Shown piece by piece: positions 61,001-64,000 of a stretch of 64,000 nucleotides of DNA. Numbering within the stretch: position 1 is the stretch's first letter; every line of letters begins with the position of its first letter. Under the pieces are notes generated by a model. The model ran no database searches. It was not told the origin of the DNA and saw only the letters and a program-made list of their open reading frames with translations. The translations under genes and the position numbers were made by a program. Location: positions 1-64,000 of the forward strand of contig DF237304.1 of assembly GCA_000708835.1 (NCBI GenBank), read 5' to 3'. The stretch comes from Klebsormidium nitens. Lineage: Eukaryota > Plantae > Klebsormidiophyceae.

Positions 61001-63238
61001 ACGCATGTAATCGTGCCACTTTGAAGAGCGGGTTGAAACGTTCTTCTCTCAACAACTTGGTGCAGTCCCTAAAAAATCGAGTCGAGTCGCCGGTCAAATC
61101 GGGCCTGCAAAGCCCCTCTTAGACCACAACATGCGACCGTCGACCACAGATTTGGTCGCATCACTACAACAGCGGCTCGAGAGGCCTCCTCAATAACTTG
61201 TTGCCATCCATTGCCATCCATTCGAGCTTCATTGAAACCGCCAAAGCGACAATCAAAAGAAAAGACCCACGGCCGGAAGTAGCCCATAAAACTAGCCTGA
61301 TCTTTCTCATCCAAAAAAGGTGCACAGCCGACACCGAGAGGGCCTGCGACTGGCCGCTGCCTCACCGTGTCTGTGATGTATGGTTCCAACCGCTTCCCCA
61401 GCTCGACATACCGTGCAGCCTCCGCCGAAAGAATCTCCTCCGTATAGTTCAACCCAGGAAAGCGCGCCTTTGCGTCCTCGTACATAACCTGCCAGCGGTA
61501 TGCGTAACCACGTCAGCACAAACAAATTGATACCTTTGTAACTGACGGTTAGCTTGATGTGAGCTAAAAATCGAAGAAAAAGACTCGGTAAAACCGAAAA
61601 GCCCTCTACAGGGAAAGGTGTACAACCGGCACGATGTCGAATCGTAGATACAACGGCATGCCAAAGGATATTTTGAACGCTGCAGTGCTTCACCTTGAAT
61701 GGAATCGGAACTTACAAACCTAGTCATGATAACAAACGGCTGTTGAGCCGAGCGACCTGCCAGAAATTCGGTCCCCCACTCATGTCTTCCAATGCTTGCT
61801 AACATCGTTATGTAGCGTTTTCCTTTCCGTCTGGTCGGTTGCAGATCATCGTTTAACAAAGTAGCAAGACGGGCTTGGATAGGGAATCTGTACACCCCAC
61901 AAAGGTTAGTCCTTCTCACGTCCCATCCAGCTGTTCCCCTTCGCTTCTTGTTCCTCTTCGTCATCCCTTCTTCTTGTCCGTCTTCTCCGGTGTTTGCAAC
62001 CTCATCTCTCATACATCCCGTGCACTCACCCTGAGCTTCTCTTTGAACGTCTCGGGCCGCCGCAGCTCCCCGACGCGAATCCCATTGCGCACGACTTTGC
62101 TCGCGTACGCGGGCCCGATGCCGCGCTTGGTCGTCCCAATCTTGCCGCCTGCCAACTCCTCCTCGCGCAGCCCGTCAATCTCGCGGTGCAGGTCGAACAG
62201 CAGGTGCGCCCTGCGAGAACGAAAAGCTGACGTCATCCTGGGAAGCTGATGTTATATATTTGTATCGAAGTAGCAATAGCAGAGGTGAAGAAAATCTCAA
62301 ATACGTTTCTGCTGAGTTGAGGTGTTCACTTGCTGACTGCCCAAGAAACTTCCACCTCGCGCGGTGCAGGTCGAAGAGCAGGTGCGCCCTGCATGGATGG
62401 AAAGCTGACTTTATCATTTGGTGATGCTGATGTCATCTCTACTTTTGACATAGTAGCAGGGGTAGCGGAACCTGCCGCACTGCCCCAAACTCGTCCACCT
62501 CGCGGTGCAGGTCGAAGAGCAGGTGCGCCCTACGGGACGAAAAGCTGACGTCATCGTTCGAAGCTGACATCAGCTGCTTGTTGAGTAGGAATGGAAGTGA
62601 CGAAATCTTGCCAACTTCTGACGACTTTTTGGGAGTTTACCTGTGGATCGCCCCGAGAAGCGTTTACCTCGCTGTGCAGGTCGAACAGCAGCAGGTGCGG
62701 CCCGCAGAAAAGAAATGCTGACGTCATGCCCCGTGAGGCTAGAATAGGAGAGACGACGGCCGCGTTTTTGTAGTGCTTACACACTTCCACTGCAATCTGT
62801 TGAAAGCCCCGAAAGCCCTGCGACGGCCAGAACAACATGGGCAAGCCTCTGGAGTGGACTAGGGCTGGCGCCAAGTACACTTACTTGAACTCCAATCCGG
62901 CATTAGGGACCTACAATGACATCTGATCTTCAAATCAAAACTCGAAAAAGATCTGGTCAAAACCGACCAAGACAAACGGCAGCGATCTGTCGCATAAAGA
63001 CTGAGGTGCTGAAAATGGAATCCCAGATTCACCTGTCAGAGACCAGGACCCGCCCCTCGGTGTTGACGCCCTGCGACTGCAGCTTGTCCAGCTCGTCGAA
63101 GAAGCTCGGAAGGTGCACCACGACGCCGTTTCCAACCAGGCACGTGGCCTTCGGATTGAGCACCCCGGACGGCACGCCGTGCAGTGCAAACTTCTGGCCC
63201 TTCTCGTTGTAGATCGTGTGGCCCGCGTTGGCTCCACC
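58044..63238 (-). CDS. purA: Adenylosuccinate synthetase, 5'-partial; exons 63238-63033, 62210-62030, 61488-61366, 60216-60034, 59589-59278, 58217-58044
   Basis: [88 protein letters not shown]. The N-terminal QWGDEGKGK exon is not in the window. Confidence 0.97.
58981..59213 (-). repeat. Intronic copies of a purA exon 3' end plus donor (58981-59035, 59099-59125, 59177-59213)
   Basis: The plus-strand motif TCACCTTGATCTGTTCC is repeated from the live junction at 59278; the middle copy is more degenerate. Confidence 0.85.
62351..62730 (-). repeat. Three intronic copies of the purA acceptor plus exon start ([10 protein letters not shown])
   Basis: GCGGTGCAGGTCGAA(C/G)AGCAGGTGCG recurs at 62351-62393, 62492-62555 and 62661-62730. 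Confidence 0.9.
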
Positions 63239-64000
63239 CTGGAAGGAGCGAATGTTTCATCTCAATTGACATACCCAAAGCTGGTGGTAAGACAAGGTTG
63301 GAGACAATGCGTCAGGCCCTTATTGCTGTGATTCGTGTGGCCTGCGTTGGAAAAAAAAAAAGATTTCGGTTTGAAAGCAGACACTTTGAAAAGAAGGAAG
63401 CACGTCGTTGTCAACTGGTTGAAGTAGCAGGGCAAGACAAATCTCGTCACTTTTGAGAACAATGTGGATTTTCAAGTCGGTGGATGCTTTGTCAAGTACA
63501 AAAGAGAAATTTGATCTCCCTCAACAATAGGTCTGGCAGTTGGTACAACGAAAGACTAACCCAACCGCCACGATTCAAAAAATTCAGACCGAGTTTCCCA
63601 CGGGACAAGGGCCCTATGGACAAACGAAGGATGCAATCAATATACATAAAGGTTAGAACGTCACAGAAGCACTAAGGTTAGTCCAGGACCCAATGATGCT
63701 CTCTAGAACTAGGTCCTTTTATGCAGAAACATATGCATTGGCTCAAAGTTCCCCTGCAATTGCATACCATTGGACAACATGCAATTGACTTTCATGGCTT
63801 GAAAGCGGGTAGGTGCCCCATAATCGGAATCGTGTAATTACATGCGAACTTGACTAACTCCTTCATGCCGGAAATCTTCTTTCCAAAGTCCGCTCTTGGC
63901 CCTCTTTCAAGGCAAACCACTGAAGTTGGAGTCATGCAGCAAGTACTACTCAGTCATTACAATCACAATCGAGCAGGAAAAAGCTAGTCAACGCAAGCCG

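Noticed and set aside
241-63675. Most short ORFs in the six-frame track as independent genes
   Set aside because: They are antisense or off-frame shadows of GC-rich exons, or exon read-through into introns, and many start at TTG/GTG/CTG.
1-64000. tRNA, rRNA or snoRNA genes
   Set aside because: No cloverleaf or T-loop context, rRNA signature or convincing C/D box pair was seen by eye; tRNAscan-SE or Infernal would be needed to exclude them.

Overview
Intron-rich eukaryotic nuclear DNA with GC-rich exons and GT-AG introns. TIC110, an NdhU/NdhT-like protein, a land-plant-type U6 promoter and the flagellar gene CFAP69 point to a streptophyte green alga such as Klebsormidium (inference). Left to right: an apparently intact DIRS/PAT-type tyrosine-recombinase retrotransposon (minus strand, cut by the left edge), TIC110, U6 snRNA, RFC5, CFAP69, a DENN-domain gene, a BIM-like bHLH gene, a decayed coding-like segment, a chloroplast J-like NdhU/NdhT-like gene and adenylosuccinate synthetase (5' end outside the window), plus two MITE-like elements. 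Three signals stand out. (1) The retroelement's RT and recombinase frames have no usable ATG, but each begins at a phase-1 splice acceptor compatible with one consensus donor inside gag. (2) Its terminal repeat junction is a dense array of hairpins. (3) Six of the seven host genes carry polarised intronic 'exon echoes': tandem partial copies of exon ends with their splice sites, which in the copies I aligned differ from the live exon mostly at third codon positions. All coordinates and exon models were read by eye; none was checked by database search or RNA data.
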